Shown: piece after piece, positions 40,490 to 50,808 of the stretch
Layout: each line of letters starts with the position of its first letter
Position numbering within the stretch: the first letter of the stretch is position 1
NCBI GenBank assembly: GCA_963782525.1
Contig: CAWAKC010000001.1
Coordinates: 192,001-256,000, forward strand
DNA from: Candidatus Bathyarchaeota archaeon
Lineage (GTDB): Archaea; Thermoproteota; Bathyarchaeia; Bathyarchaeales; Bathycorpusculaceae
DNA: 64,000 bases
Direction of reading: 5' to 3'
Position numbers and translations under genes: made by a program
Notes under the pieces: generated by a model
Seen by the model: the letters and a program-made list of their open reading frames with translations, nothing else
Database searches by the model: none
What the model was told of the DNA's origin: nothing

Positions 40490-42020
40490 AAGCATGACCA
40501 ACAAAACCTCAAAAAGCATCCGAATTTTTGACACAACCTTAAGAGACGGGGAACAAACCCCCGGAGTTTCTTTAACTGCAGACGATAAGATTGAGATAGC
40601 AGTCCAACTCAGCAAACTAGGCGTAGACGTTATTGAGGCGGGTTTTCCGAGTTCTTCTGATGGCGAAAAAAAAGTCGTCAAAGATATTGCCAACTTGGGT
40701 TTGACCTCAGAAATCTGTAGTTTATCTCGGGCAACGAGAGGAGACATTGACGCAGCAATAGCTTGTGACGTTGATTTAGTTCACGTTTTCATACCAACCT
40801 CACCAGTCCAGATGAAGTATGCAGTTAATTTGACTCCCGAACAGGTATTGGCTTCCACAGTTGATTCGGTTTCTTACGTGAAGAAGCATGGTGTAAAATG
40901 TGAGTTTTCGCCGATGGATGCCACACGTTCCGAGATGCCCTTCTTAAAACAGGTTTGTAAAGCCGCACAGGATGCAGGCATGGATAGCCTAAATGTACCT
41001 GACACCGTCGGCATCATGATTCCAAAAACCACAATAAAACTCATTGAAGAATTAAAAACCGTAGTCACCGTGCCTATAAGCACCCATTGTCATGACGACT
41101 TTGGTTTAGCTGTCGCAAACAGTCTAGCAGCGGTCGAAGCTGGCGCAGCCCAAGTGCATGTCGCCGTCAACGGCTTAGGTGAACGGGCAGGCAACGCGTC
41201 GCTAGAAGAAGTCGTGATGGCGCTGCACATTATTTACAAGTACAAAACAAACGTCAACACCCGTTTACTCTACAGCACATCGCGAATGGTTGCGTCCTTA
41301 ACTGGCATTACGGTGCAAGCTAACAAGGCAATCGTTGGCGAAAACGCCTTTGCCCACGAATCAGGCATCCACACACGCGGTGTAACAGAGAAACCGTTAA
41401 CTTTCGAACCAATAAACCCCGAATTAGTCGGCAGAACAAGAAAACTTGTCGCAGGCAAATTAGCTGGAACCCGAGGAATAAAAGCGGAACTTGAAGAAAT
41501 CGGCATCCACCCAACCGAAGAGCAACTCAAAGAAATCGTTCAACGCGTCAAAGATTTAGGCGACAAAGGCAAGATGGTCACTGATGCCGACTTGATTGCG
41601 TTGACTTCTGCTGTGATGGGTGAGGTGCTCGGTGAAGAAAAAATCATTGACTTATGCGACATGGCAGTCGTCACAGGCATCAAAGTCATTCCAACCGCTT
41701 CTGTACGCTTAATTTTAAATGGCAAAGAATACGTTGCCGCCGAAACAGGCGTGGGACCAGTAGACGCTGTTTTGAAGGCAATTCAGAAGTTGACCAGCAG
41801 CATAGAAAACATCCGCCTAAGCGAATACCGACTCGAAGCTATCACAGGCGGTTCAAACGCGGTGGCTGAAGTCGTTATAAAAGTCGAGGATGAAAAAGGC
41901 AACATCGTCAGCGCCCGAGCAGCCCGAGAAGACATCGTTATGGCATCTGTTGAAGCAATGATAAATGGCATAAACAAACTCTTGCTAAAGAACCATCAAA
42001 AGCAGGGAAACAAAAAGTGA
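40482..42020 (+). CDS. leuA: 2-isopropylmalate synthase
   Basis: FDTTLRDGEQ, EAGFP, HCHDDFG, GLGERAGN; in leu operon. Confidence 0.9.
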   Translation: MAESMTNKTSKSIRIFDTTLRDGEQTPGVSLTADDKIEIAVQLSKLGVDVIEAGFPSSSDGEKKVVKDIANLGLTSEICSLSRATRGDIDAAIACDVDLVHVFIPTSPVQMKYAVNLTPEQVLASTVDSVSYVKKHGVKCEFSPMDATRSEMPFLKQVCKAAQDAGMDSLNVPDTVGIMIPKTTIKLIEELKTVVTVPISTHCHDDFGLAVANSLAAVEAGAAQVHVAVNGLGERAGNASLEEVVMALHIIYKYKTNVNTRLLYSTSRMVASLTGITVQANKAIVGENAFAHESGIHTRGVTEKPLTFEPINPELVGRTRKLVAGKLAGTRGIKAELEEIGIHPTEEQLKEIVQRVKDLGDKGKMVTDADLIALTSAVMGEVLGEEKIIDLCDMAVVTGIKVIPTASVRLILNGKEYVAAETGVGPVDAVLKAIQKLTSSIENIRLSEYRLEAITGGSNAVAEVVIKVEDEKGNIVSARAAREDIVMASVEAMINGINKLLLKNHQKQGNKK

Positions 42021-42829
42021 AAGTATCCTACCAGGGTGAAACTGGAGCCTACAGTGAAATGGCTGTCTTCAAGTTTTTCGGCAGCAAAGTAGAGCCAGTT
42101 CCCTGCAAAGATTTCCGAGACGTTTTTGAATCCGTTAAAACAGGCGCAGTTCCTAATGGTGTGGTTCCGATTGAGAACTCTATTGAAGGCAGCGTCAACC
42201 AAAACTACGACTTATTCCTCGCTTACGACCTCAAAGTTTGCGGAGAAGTCGCAGTAAAACTTGCCCATGTCCTGATCGCTAACCCCCAAACCAAATTCGA
42301 AAACATCGAAACAGTCTACTCGCACCCCCAAGCACTAGCACAATGCCGCAGTTACCTTGAAAAACACAGATGGGAAATTATCCCCGCCTACGACACCGCC
42401 GGAGCAGTCAAAGCCATCAAAGAAAAAGGACTTTTTAACGCTGCGGCCATTGCAAGCGAAAAAGCCGCAGACCTCTACGACATGAAGATTCTTGCCCGAG
42501 ACATCGCTGATAACCCATCAAACTACACGCGATTTCTTGTCCTATCCCATGAAGATGCCGCACCAACTGGAGACGACAAAACCTCAATAATATTTTCAGC
42601 TAAACATGCTCCCGGCACCTTATACCATGCTCTTGGAGAGTTTGCATCAAGAAACATCAACCTAACAAGAATCGAATCCAGACCCACAAAAACAACTGCT
42701 TGGCAATACAACTTTTACTTGGACTTTGAGGGCCATCGAACCGAGAAACGTTGTGCAGAAGCACTGCAAGCCCTAGAAAAGTATGCGACTTTCGTGAAAA
42801 TTCTGGGATCATACCCCAGAGCAATCTAA
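42017..42829 (+). CDS. pheA: Prephenate dehydratase
   Basis: PIENSIEG, SHPQALAQC, NYTRF, ACT domain IESRP. Confidence 0.95.
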   Translation: MKVSYQGETGAYSEMAVFKFFGSKVEPVPCKDFRDVFESVKTGAVPNGVVPIENSIEGSVNQNYDLFLAYDLKVCGEVAVKLAHVLIANPQTKFENIETVYSHPQALAQCRSYLEKHRWEIIPAYDTAGAVKAIKEKGLFNAAAIASEKAADLYDMKILARDIADNPSNYTRFLVLSHEDAAPTGDDKTSIIFSAKHAPGTLYHALGEFASRNINLTRIESRPTKTTAWQYNFYLDFEGHRTEKRCAEALQALEKYATFVKILGSYPRAI

Positions 42830-42854
42830 TTCTCTTCTTATTTTCCCGCTTGAA

Positions 42855-43205
42855 TTATTTTTTTGCTTTCTTTGGCGGCAACTCGGCAGCATACTTCATT
42901 GATTTGTCTAGCCATTCGGTGAAAGCCTTGTTGTCTGAGTAGAGGGATTTTGGCAAGACAACGTAGCCCTTCATGGCTCTGCCGGGCATGGGTTCAAAAG
43001 CGGCGACGCTTGGGCAATCCTTCTTTATCTCCGCCATATCAGCTTCAGAAAGGCGTAAGAAAAGTTTGTCACCGTGCACTCCCACAAACATGTTGCCGTT
43101 AAAGAAGTAGGCGGGGTACCCGAACATTTTCCTGTAATCGCAGTTTTTATCCTTCATTTTATCCATTATAAAATCAAGTTCTTGTGGGGCTTTCTTCCAT
43201 TCCAT
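42855..43205 (-). CDS. TfoX/Sxy N-terminal domain protein
   Basis: RKMFG...NGNMFVG...FEPMPGRAMKGY. Confidence 0.82.
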   Translation of the reverse strand: MEWKKAPQELDFIMDKMKDKNCDYRKMFGYPAYFFNGNMFVGVHGDKLFLRLSEADMAEIKKDCPSVAAFEPMPGRAMKGYVVLPKSLYSDNKAFTEWLDKSMKYAAELPPKKAKK

Positions 43206-43296
43206 AAAAAATCCCTAAATAGTTTTATCGATTGTAATTACTTGAGTATTTCTGTCTAACCATTTTTTCTATTGATTATTGCTTTACAATTGATTT

Positions 43297-43767
43297 CTAT
43301 ATCAGTGGCTTGATTTTTTCAGCTATTTCAGTTGGTTTGATCGGGTTGCCGCAGTGTTTGCAGATTAGGATTTTGCCGTTCTCCGGGAGGTCAACCATGT
43401 TGCCACATTTGGGGCAGTTATACGCGGACATTACGACACCGTTTTCTTTGAGGAAAACTCTTAGCGAAGCAAAGTTGACGATAGCCCCAGAAATGTTGAC
43501 TGATTGGGACTTCTCCTGCTCTTGACGACTCGGTAATGCTTCTTTTGCCTCTGCAACAATGGGACCGTTGAACACTTCATGTGCACAGAGCTGGCAAAGC
43601 TTTTTTCCCTTGTACTGGGGGAATTCTTTGCGTTTACCAAACTGCATCGACCCAATAACGAACCATTTTATGTAGCCTTTCTTGAGTTGTTTGTTCCAGA
43701 ACACCATTTTTTGTTCGTTCCAAGCGAGTTCTTTGCCGCATCTTGCACAGTTTTCCATGAACGTCAC
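43297..43767 (-). CDS. Hypothetical protein with four CxxC motifs
   Basis: CARC, CQLC, CPKC, CKHC. Confidence 0.75.
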   Translation of the reverse strand: MTFMENCARCGKELAWNEQKMVFWNKQLKKGYIKWFVIGSMQFGKRKEFPQYKGKKLCQLCAHEVFNGPIVAEAKEALPSRQEQEKSQSVNISGAIVNFASLRVFLKENGVVMSAYNCPKCGNMVDLPENGKILICKHCGNPIKPTEIAEKIKPLI

Positions 43768-43821
43768 GTCTGCTTATCGTGGTGTTTGGAGTAATTAGAT
43801 TTTGCGCTCAAACGGGGGTAT

Positions 43822-44451
43822 TTACCGTCTCACGGTGTTTTTGTAGAAATTTTCGATTATGCAGTGACCCTCAGGATGAGTTTCGCCCTGGATCACGATG
43901 CGTTCGGGATGAAATTGGACGCCAAAGAAGGGTTTGGTTTTATGTTTGACGGCCTCTACTTCGCAGGAAACTGAATCAGCCATCAACGTGAACCCTGCGG
44001 CGTCAAGACCGCCTTTTAGGACATAGTCGTAGTGGTTTTCAGCTAAGGGCGAAGTGTGTCCTTCTTTGAACCCAGAGAAAATTTGGTCTGACTGGATAAT
44101 CCTGACTTCCTCAAACCTGCTGGCAACCTGCTTAGGAAGGGAACCCACTTCGGCGCCAAAAGCCCAGCACAGCAGTTGATGACCGAAACAAATACCCAAC
44201 AAAGGCACGCCGAAATTTCTTATAATCACCTCAACACCTTCGAATTTGGTTCTATCCGAGGATAGAACGATTCTGGCGGCAGACCCACTGAGGACAACAG
44301 CATCTATGTCATTTACTATTTGATAGTCCCGCGACATATCCCTAAAATTAGCAACTGTGCACTCGCCAAATCGGCTTATTACAGTAAATAAATCCGTGCT
44401 AACTTTGCCAGTAAACGAACAGTTGACAAGCAGAGTTTTAGTCATCGACAA
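43822..44451 (-). CDS. Class I glutamine amidotransferase
   Basis: LSGS, PLLGICFGHQ, GVQFHPE. Confidence 0.9.
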   Translation of the reverse strand: MSMTKTLLVNCSFTGKVSTDLFTVISRFGECTVANFRDMSRDYQIVNDIDAVVLSGSAARIVLSSDRTKFEGVEVIIRNFGVPLLGICFGHQLLCWAFGAEVGSLPKQVASRFEEVRIIQSDQIFSGFKEGHTSPLAENHYDYVLKGGLDAAGFTLMADSVSCEVEAVKHKTKPFFGVQFHPERIVIQGETHPEGHCIIENFYKNTVRR

Positions 44452-44453
44452 GC

Positions 44454-45326
44454 CTATTTTTCTGTTGATTCCAGCATTTTGTACATAACGTCATAGGACT
44501 CGGCGAAGTCGCTGTCGGTTTCTTTGAGCTTTTTCTTTAGCTGCTCCATACGTTCGACAATTGCTTTGGTGTCTTTGTTTTTAATTAGTGTAAGCAGTTC
44601 TTGGGCTTTAGCCATGAAAGTATCTTCGATTTTTTCGAGTTCAGGTAGGCTTGTTTGAACACTCGCATAGAGATCGGGAGTCTCCAGCGCCGTAGCTTCT
44701 GCCAAGGTGAAGAGCATTCGGTAGGTGGTGCCAGCAACTTTTTTGGTTTCAGACAAATTCTTCTGTTCGAGCAAGGTTTCACAGGCGACTAAGCCCAGAA
44801 AATGCGGCAGCCCAAGCACGACTGACATTAATTCGTCGTGTTTTTTGGGGGTCATTATGAAAACGTGTGCGTCTTCTCGCTCAAGCCACAGCTTATAATG
44901 CTCAGCTAACTCGTTCTCTTTGGAGTTTGTTGGAGTTAAAACGTAAGCTTTGTGTTTGACCCCGTTGCTTCCTGGACCGAAAACGGGATGCGTACCCAAA
45001 ACAGTTGCTTCTTTTATGTATTGGTGCATGATTTTTACGGGGGATTCTTTGATTGAGCAAATATCCATAACCACTTGCCCTTCATGCAAGACAGGGCTGA
45101 TCGTTTTAACGACCTCTTCGATGGCATTTATGGATACGCAGAGGAGAACCTGGTCAGCATCCGCCACTGCTTCCTCGAAGTTTGTAGTTAAATCAACGAG
45201 GAGGGCTTTTTGTTTTTCAAGTTTCGCTTTTTTTCTATCCGCTAAAATAACGTCGTAACCTTTAGACTGAAAGAAATCGGCGAACCAAACGCCCATCTTG
45301 CCAGCCCCGATTACGGCGATTTTCAT
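44454..45326 (-). CDS. tyrA: Prephenate dehydrogenase
   Basis: GAGKMG, DICSIK, HPVFGP, HDELMS. Confidence 0.93.
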   Translation of the reverse strand: MKIAVIGAGKMGVWFADFFQSKGYDVILADRKKAKLEKQKALLVDLTTNFEEAVADADQVLLCVSINAIEEVVKTISPVLHEGQVVMDICSIKESPVKIMHQYIKEATVLGTHPVFGPGSNGVKHKAYVLTPTNSKENELAEHYKLWLEREDAHVFIMTPKKHDELMSVVLGLPHFLGLVACETLLEQKNLSETKKVAGTTYRMLFTLAEATALETPDLYASVQTSLPELEKIEDTFMAKAQELLTLIKNKDTKAIVERMEQLKKKLKETDSDFAESYDVMYKMLESTEK

Positions 45327-46405
45327 TGCTTTGCTGCCTCACAGATTTTATCAAGTCCAACCTCGATTTCGTTGTCTGGCGCAGTTAGGGAGATGCGAAA
45401 GTGCTCGCGGTAATCGCCAAATGCGGTGCCTGGAGCCACAGCTACGCCTTTGTCGAGCAGGTTTAGAGTATATTTTTCGCTGTCTAAACCGTCGAGTTTC
45501 GGGAACACGTAGAAGGGAGCGTCGGGTTTGGTAAATTTGAAGCCTGCCGCCGAGAGCTTAACACTTGCAAGGTCTGCCCGTTTTTTGTATTTGGCTTTAA
45601 TTTTGGATGCAATTTGCTTATGCAGTTCTAACCCTTTGAGAGCTGCGTCTTGGATAAAGACCGGTACGTTATTGATGGTGATTTGGTTGAGTTTAGTTAT
45701 TTGGTCGATTAACATTTTGTTTGCGATTAAGTAGCCTATGCGCCAGCCGGTCATAGTGAAGGTTTTAGAAAAGCCATTTGAGAGGATGTGTTTGCATTCG
45801 CCGTCGTAGTCGAGGATACTTTTAGTTTTCACAAAGCTGATTGCGCCATAAACCTCGTCGGAGAGTATGGTTACTCCTTTTTTGTTGGCTAACTTGACTA
45901 TGCCGTCGAGGGTTTTAGTATCCATGACTTTGCTGGTGGGGTTGTTTGGGTTATTGAGGATAATCATTTTGGTTTCATTGTCAATTAATGCATCGAGCTT
46001 GGCGAGGTCAATTTTCCAGCCGTCTTCCATTTCGGTTCGCAGCAGCTGGGTTTTGGCTCCGAAGCTTTTCGCGATTAAATCGTAAGCTGTCCAGTACGGC
46101 GTGGGAATTATGACGTTGCCGCCGTTTTTAAGCATCAAAAACATCGTGGCGAATATGCCCCATTTTGAACCCGGAGTAATAACCACGTTTTCTGCTTTAA
46201 CGCCGTGGCCCTCAGCGATTTTCTGACGCAATTTAAGCTCGCCATAGGAAGAGGAATACTTGGTTTTTCCGGACTTCATAGAAGCGTATGCAGCTTCTAC
46301 GATTTCGGGCGGCGTAGCCATGTCTGGGTCGCCAAGGTTTAATCGAATTATCTTTTTTCCTTCACTTTCCAATTTGAGGGCTTTCTCGTTTATCTCGTAG
46401 AGCAT
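45323..46405 (-). CDS. PLP-dependent class I/II aminotransferase (probably aromatic)
   Basis: NPNNPT, SDEVY, SKTFTMTGWRIG. Confidence 0.92.
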   Translation of the reverse strand: MLYEINEKALKLESEGKKIIRLNLGDPDMATPPEIVEAAYASMKSGKTKYSSSYGELKLRQKIAEGHGVKAENVVITPGSKWGIFATMFLMLKNGGNVIIPTPYWTAYDLIAKSFGAKTQLLRTEMEDGWKIDLAKLDALIDNETKMIILNNPNNPTSKVMDTKTLDGIVKLANKKGVTILSDEVYGAISFVKTKSILDYDGECKHILSNGFSKTFTMTGWRIGYLIANKMLIDQITKLNQITINNVPVFIQDAALKGLELHKQIASKIKAKYKKRADLASVKLSAAGFKFTKPDAPFYVFPKLDGLDSEKYTLNLLDKGVAVAPGTAFGDYREHFRISLTAPDNEIEVGLDKICEAAKQ

Positions 46406-46433
46406 ACAGGTTTGGACTCTCCGTTAGAGCGCT

Positions 46434-46694
46434 TTATTCTTGAACAGCACTGCACATATTAACTATTTCGCGGTAAACCGCTTCAACGTGCCCAGCGGCA
46501 AGACCCAATTCAGCCCCTTTTGCCCGTATCCGCTTGAAAACTTCGTTCTCTCTGGAGAGGTCGCGGACTGGTTTTCCCTGCTTTTTCTTCGCAGCGCCAA
46601 TTGCCTTACAAGTTTTAACACGCTCGCAGAGAGCGGTTAAGATTTGGTCGTCGATTTCATCCACGTTTTTTCTGAGCTTTGGGATTTCAGTCAT
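46434..46694 (-). CDS. Chorismate mutase type II (AroQ)
   Basis: LRKNVDEIDDQIL...ER...IG..K...D.SRE. Confidence 0.9.
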   Translation of the reverse strand: MTEIPKLRKNVDEIDDQILTALCERVKTCKAIGAAKKKQGKPVRDLSRENEVFKRIRAKGAELGLAAGHVEAVYREIVNMCSAVQE

Positions 46695-46695
46695 G

Positions 46696-47799
46696 TTAAT
46701 GCTCCTTGAGGACCTTGGGGATGTAACCTGAACGGATCAGGTGGTCAGCTAAAGTTATTGCAGCGGCTGTTTCGATGGCGGGCACCGCCTTGGGTACGAC
46801 ACAGGGGTCGTGTCTGCCCTTAACGCTTATTGAGGCTTCTTCCATTGAGGAGAGGTTAACGGTTTTCTGTTCTTTAGCAATAGACGGCGTAGGCTTAATC
46901 GCCACACGAATCATAATTGGCATACCGCTGGATAAACCGCCCAAGATGCCTCCTGCGTTCTCCGTGGAAGTTATGATCTTCCCGTTCTTGAGCAGAAAAG
47001 CGTCGTTGTTCTGTGAACCAGTCAACTCAGTAGCCCTAAACCCAGCGCCAAACTCAACACCCTTTACAGCGGGAACACTAAACAATGCTTTCGCTAAATC
47101 AGCATCCAATGAATCAAACAATGGCTCGCCAATTCCTGCTGGCATGTTTAGTGCAATGCATTCTATGACTCCGCCCAAACTTTCGCCTTCTTTTCGAGCA
47201 TTCACGATGGCTTCCTCCATTTTTTCTGCGCATGCCAAGTCGGGGCACCTTGTTGCAGCCGCATTTTTGTTTTTGCGGATTTCTGCTGCACTGAATTTTT
47301 TGTCGGTTCTAATTTTCCCTATCGATTGGGTATAAGCTAAAACATCGATGTCGTATCTTCCGAGAAGTTTTTTTGCTATGGTTCCAGCCATGATTAGGGC
47401 GACGGTAACTCTGCCTGAGAAGCGTCCGCCGCCTCGGTAATCGTTGAAGCCGCCGTATCGGATGCGGGCGGGGTAGTCGGAGTGGCCGGGGCGTGGCAAG
47501 TCTTTAATGTCTTCATAATCACTTGAGTTAGTTTCTTTGTTCTCAACTGTCAAAGCGATTGGAGCACCAGTCGTGAACCCATTAAATAATCCGCTGAGAA
47601 TCTTAACAATGTCCTTCTCGATACGGGCAGAAACAATTTTGGGCTCCGCTGGAATCCTACGGTCAAGCTCTTCCTGAAAATCTGCTTCTGAGAGCGGCAA
47701 TCCAGCTGGGCAACCGTCTACGACTACGCCAACGACTTTGCCGTGACTCTCACCAAACGTGGTAACTACGAATTCTTTACCTATCGAATTTCCCGCCAA
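46696..47799 (-). CDS. aroC: Chorismate synthase
   Basis: FGESHG, RPGHSD, KPTPSI, GRHDPC. Confidence 0.97.
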   Translation of the reverse strand: MAGNSIGKEFVVTTFGESHGKVVGVVVDGCPAGLPLSEADFQEELDRRIPAEPKIVSARIEKDIVKILSGLFNGFTTGAPIALTVENKETNSSDYEDIKDLPRPGHSDYPARIRYGGFNDYRGGGRFSGRVTVALIMAGTIAKKLLGRYDIDVLAYTQSIGKIRTDKKFSAAEIRKNKNAAATRCPDLACAEKMEEAIVNARKEGESLGGVIECIALNMPAGIGEPLFDSLDADLAKALFSVPAVKGVEFGAGFRATELTGSQNNDAFLLKNGKIITSTENAGGILGGLSSGMPIMIRVAIKPTPSIAKEQKTVNLSSMEEASISVKGRHDPCVVPKAVPAIETAAAITLADHLIRSGYIPKVLKEH

Positions 47800-49075
47800 C
47801 TAAGTTAGCTCCTAATTGTTTTAGATGAGTGAAGAACTGCGGATAAGACTTTCTGACGCACTCAGCGTTCTGAATAGTGGTTTCTCCTTCAGCGCCAAGT
47901 GCAGCGACAGCGCATGCCATGGCGATTCGATGATCATTATGCGGGTCAATCATGGCTCCGTGCAGACGCCGTCCGCCTTCAACGATTAACCCATCTTCGG
48001 TAGCGCTGATGTCGGCACCCATTTTTCCCAGTTCGACATAGAGCGATTGAAGTCTATCAGACTCCTTGAGCCTGAGCCTATTTGCTCCAAAAATGTGCGA
48101 TGTACCCTCTGCGTAACATGCAAGGGCTGCGATTGCGGGAACAAGATCAGGAATATTCTTAGCATCCACTTCTAAGGGTTTGAGTAACCTGCCTAAGCCT
48201 TCGATTTCAATGCTGTCTGCGCAAACTTTCCCGTTGACGCCCATATGCTTGAGGAAGCCCATTATGGATTTGTCGCCTTGAACGCTGCTGTATTCAAGGT
48301 TGTTTATTTGAACTTTCGAGGTGGTTATTGCCGCCGCAACAAGAAGAAAAGCAGCTGAAGAGAAATCGCCCGGAACCCTTCCGTCCGCTGGATTGTAGCT
48401 TTGGCCTACTGGAATATGAATGTGATTTTCATGTGCAGGAACCTTAATTCCATGGTCAGCAAGAACTGCCTCAGTCATTTTGACGTAATCCTCAGACTCC
48501 AACGGCGAAGTTAACGTTATTTCAGTATCCACTTGAGCATTTGGGCAAGCAAACATCAACCCTGAAATGAATTGTGAACTTACATCGCCGGGAATGGATG
48601 TTTCGCCTCCAACGATGCCGCCGCCCTCCACGAAAACGGCGTCTTTGTCACCGAATTTTCCAACATGTACTTTGGCACCGAGTTCACTGAGGCTTGCCAA
48701 TAATGGTTCTACGGGTCGCTTCTCGATTGAACCTCTAAACACCAATGTTGAAGGACCCTTTGCCAGAGCAGCCATGGGTATCATGAAACGCAATGTGGCA
48801 CCCGATTCTCCGCAGTCAATTGGCTCTTTTGCACCTTTAAGCTTCAATGCTCCTTGGATTGTCCAGCAACCGTCAGCAGTCGTGACTTTTGCACCCAAAG
48901 CTTTGACAGCACGCAGGGTGGCTTCTGTATCCTCCGATAATAGGGGATTAGATATTTTGGAGGAACCAGCCGAAAGAGCAGCGGCAATAATCATCCTCTG
49001 AGTATAAGACTTAGACGGTGGAGCACAAACTTGACCACTTAACTGTCCAGTTTTCTTAACAATTACGTCTACCAT
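47777..49075 (-). CDS. aroA: 3-phosphoshikimate 1-carboxyvinyltransferase
   Basis: PPSKS, GESGATLRF, SSQFIS, KESDR, DHRIAM, KSYPQF. Confidence 0.96.
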   Translation of the reverse strand: MVDVIVKKTGQLSGQVCAPPSKSYTQRMIIAAALSAGSSKISNPLLSEDTEATLRAVKALGAKVTTADGCWTIQGALKLKGAKEPIDCGESGATLRFMIPMAALAKGPSTLVFRGSIEKRPVEPLLASLSELGAKVHVGKFGDKDAVFVEGGGIVGGETSIPGDVSSQFISGLMFACPNAQVDTEITLTSPLESEDYVKMTEAVLADHGIKVPAHENHIHIPVGQSYNPADGRVPGDFSSAAFLLVAAAITTSKVQINNLEYSSVQGDKSIMGFLKHMGVNGKVCADSIEIEGLGRLLKPLEVDAKNIPDLVPAIAALACYAEGTSHIFGANRLRLKESDRLQSLYVELGKMGADISATEDGLIVEGGRRLHGAMIDPHNDHRIAMACAVAALGAEGETTIQNAECVRKSYPQFFTHLKQLGANLVGGKFDR

Positions 49076-49947
49076 ACTATTGCACCTTGGGCTTTTTTGC
49101 AATTTATTTGTGTCTGCAAGATTTCGCCTTCATACTTTTGCAGTGCAGCCTTTACAGAATCGACTTTATCCTTGGGAACCACCGCGGTTACGCCGGGTCC
49201 TTTGCCGCAGAGCCCAGACGCCACCGCTCCAGCAGCCAATGCGTCGATAGCTATTGCGGTGTTGAAGTTGGAGGCTGAAGAGTAGATTAAGCCGTTGATG
49301 GTCAGGGCTTCCCAAACTTTCCCTTCCAAAGCCTTTTCGAAAGCGATTTCCACGAGGGGTTTAACGGATTTGAGCCGGTTTATATGGGAGTCGATGGTGT
49401 AGGCTTTTTGGGGTGGCACATGGAAGAGAACCTTCAAATCCTCATTCAGCGGCATTTGCTTGATTAGTTCCCGTTTTAGGTTATCGGTGATGACTATGCC
49501 GCCAAAATAGGAAGCACAAGCATCATCAAACGCACCTGTAACCGTAACTTTGGCATCAAAAGCCGCTTCAACACCTATGTTGATGATTTCTAAGTCGCTG
49601 AGCTTTTTGCCCAGTGCCGTTGTGGTGGCTAGTGCAGTTGCATTTGCGGCTGCGCTACTACTTTTGAGCCCCCTTGCGATGGGAATGTTTGAAGTGGTTT
49701 TTACTTTCACGCCAAAACTTTTCTCTAAATTGAACAGTTGCAGAACTCGGGTTACGGTTTTTTCTATGAGGAGCGTGCTTTCAGTGGGGTCAGAAGCTAT
49801 CTCAGTTCTGATAACGCCTGGTTCATCAGTTAATTTGACTTCAGCTTTAGTCCACAAATCAACCCCAAACGCGGCGCCTTTTCCCAGGGCAATCGCGTTC
49901 ACGATCGTTGCAGCCCCATGAACAACAGCCACAGCTTTCCCAGTCAC
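49069..49947 (-). CDS. aroK: Archaeal (GHMP-type) shikimate kinase
   Basis: IVNAIALGKG, IPIARGLKSSSA, TGAFDDACAS. Confidence 0.95.
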   Translation of the reverse strand: MTGKAVAVVHGAATIVNAIALGKGAAFGVDLWTKAEVKLTDEPGVIRTEIASDPTESTLLIEKTVTRVLQLFNLEKSFGVKVKTTSNIPIARGLKSSSAAANATALATTTALGKKLSDLEIINIGVEAAFDAKVTVTGAFDDACASYFGGIVITDNLKRELIKQMPLNEDLKVLFHVPPQKAYTIDSHINRLKSVKPLVEIAFEKALEGKVWEALTINGLIYSSASNFNTAIAIDALAAGAVASGLCGKGPGVTAVVPKDKVDSVKAALQKYEGEILQTQINCKKAQGAIVW

Positions 49948-49949
49948 AA

Positions 49950-50807
49950 TTACACCTTCTGCAAATGATTAAGCGCTGCCTGCCTCATAACTTCAACGGG
50001 AGCAGACTTCCCCGTCCAGATTTCAAATGATGCCGCACCTTGATAAATCAACATCTCAACTCCGCTGACGACTTTGGCGCCTGCGGCTTTGGCGTCTTTT
50101 GCTAGTTGGGTTTCGATTGGATTGTAAACGATGTCTATTACTGCCAAATTGGGTCCTATCAGCTTAGGCGGAATTAGGCTTTCGTCGGGTTTGGGTTTCA
50201 TCCCAACGGATGTTGCGTTGATTAGGATGTCTGAGTCTTGGAGGTTGTGCTGTATTTCCTTTGGCGAGAGGGCGCCTGAAACTATTTTCTTGTTAGCGGT
50301 CTTTTCCAGCAGTTTAGCTAATTCTTGGGCTGGTTTTAGGGTTCGGTTCAAAACTGCCAGCTCGTCGGATTCTCGGGCCATCGTGTAAGCTATGGCTCTT
50401 GCCGCTCCTCCTGCGCCAAGCAACAGAATTTTCCTACCTTTGGGTTCCACATCGTTTTCCCTTAAGGCTTTTAGTGCGCCGACTCCATCGGTGTTAAAGC
50501 CAAAAAGCTTGCCGTCCCGATTTAAGATGGTATTAACTGAGTTAATTATTTGCGCGGATAAATCTACTCGGTCTAAATATTTCAGGATTGAACTTTTATG
50601 TGGCATGGTAACGTTTAGCCCTCTTATGTTCAGGGCGCGCATGCCGTTCACCGCGTTTTCCAGTCCTACAGGCTTCACCTTGAATGCTAAAAATGTGTAG
50701 TCGAGTTTGAGGGCTTGAAAAGCTGCATTATGCATTATTGGGCTTAAGGTGTGTTCTATCGGGTCGCCGATGACTCCGCAAACACGTGTTTTCCCCGTTA
50801 TAACCAT
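49950..50807 (-). CDS. aroE: Shikimate dehydrogenase
   Basis: LSPIMHN, NVTMPHK, NTDG, GAGGAARA, MLIYQG. Confidence 0.96.
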   Translation of the reverse strand: MVITGKTRVCGVIGDPIEHTLSPIMHNAAFQALKLDYTFLAFKVKPVGLENAVNGMRALNIRGLNVTMPHKSSILKYLDRVDLSAQIINSVNTILNRDGKLFGFNTDGVGALKALRENDVEPKGRKILLLGAGGAARAIAYTMARESDELAVLNRTLKPAQELAKLLEKTANKKIVSGALSPKEIQHNLQDSDILINATSVGMKPKPDESLIPPKLIGPNLAVIDIVYNPIETQLAKDAKAAGAKVVSGVEMLIYQGAASFEIWTGKSAPVEVMRQAALNHLQKV

Positions 50808-50808
50808 G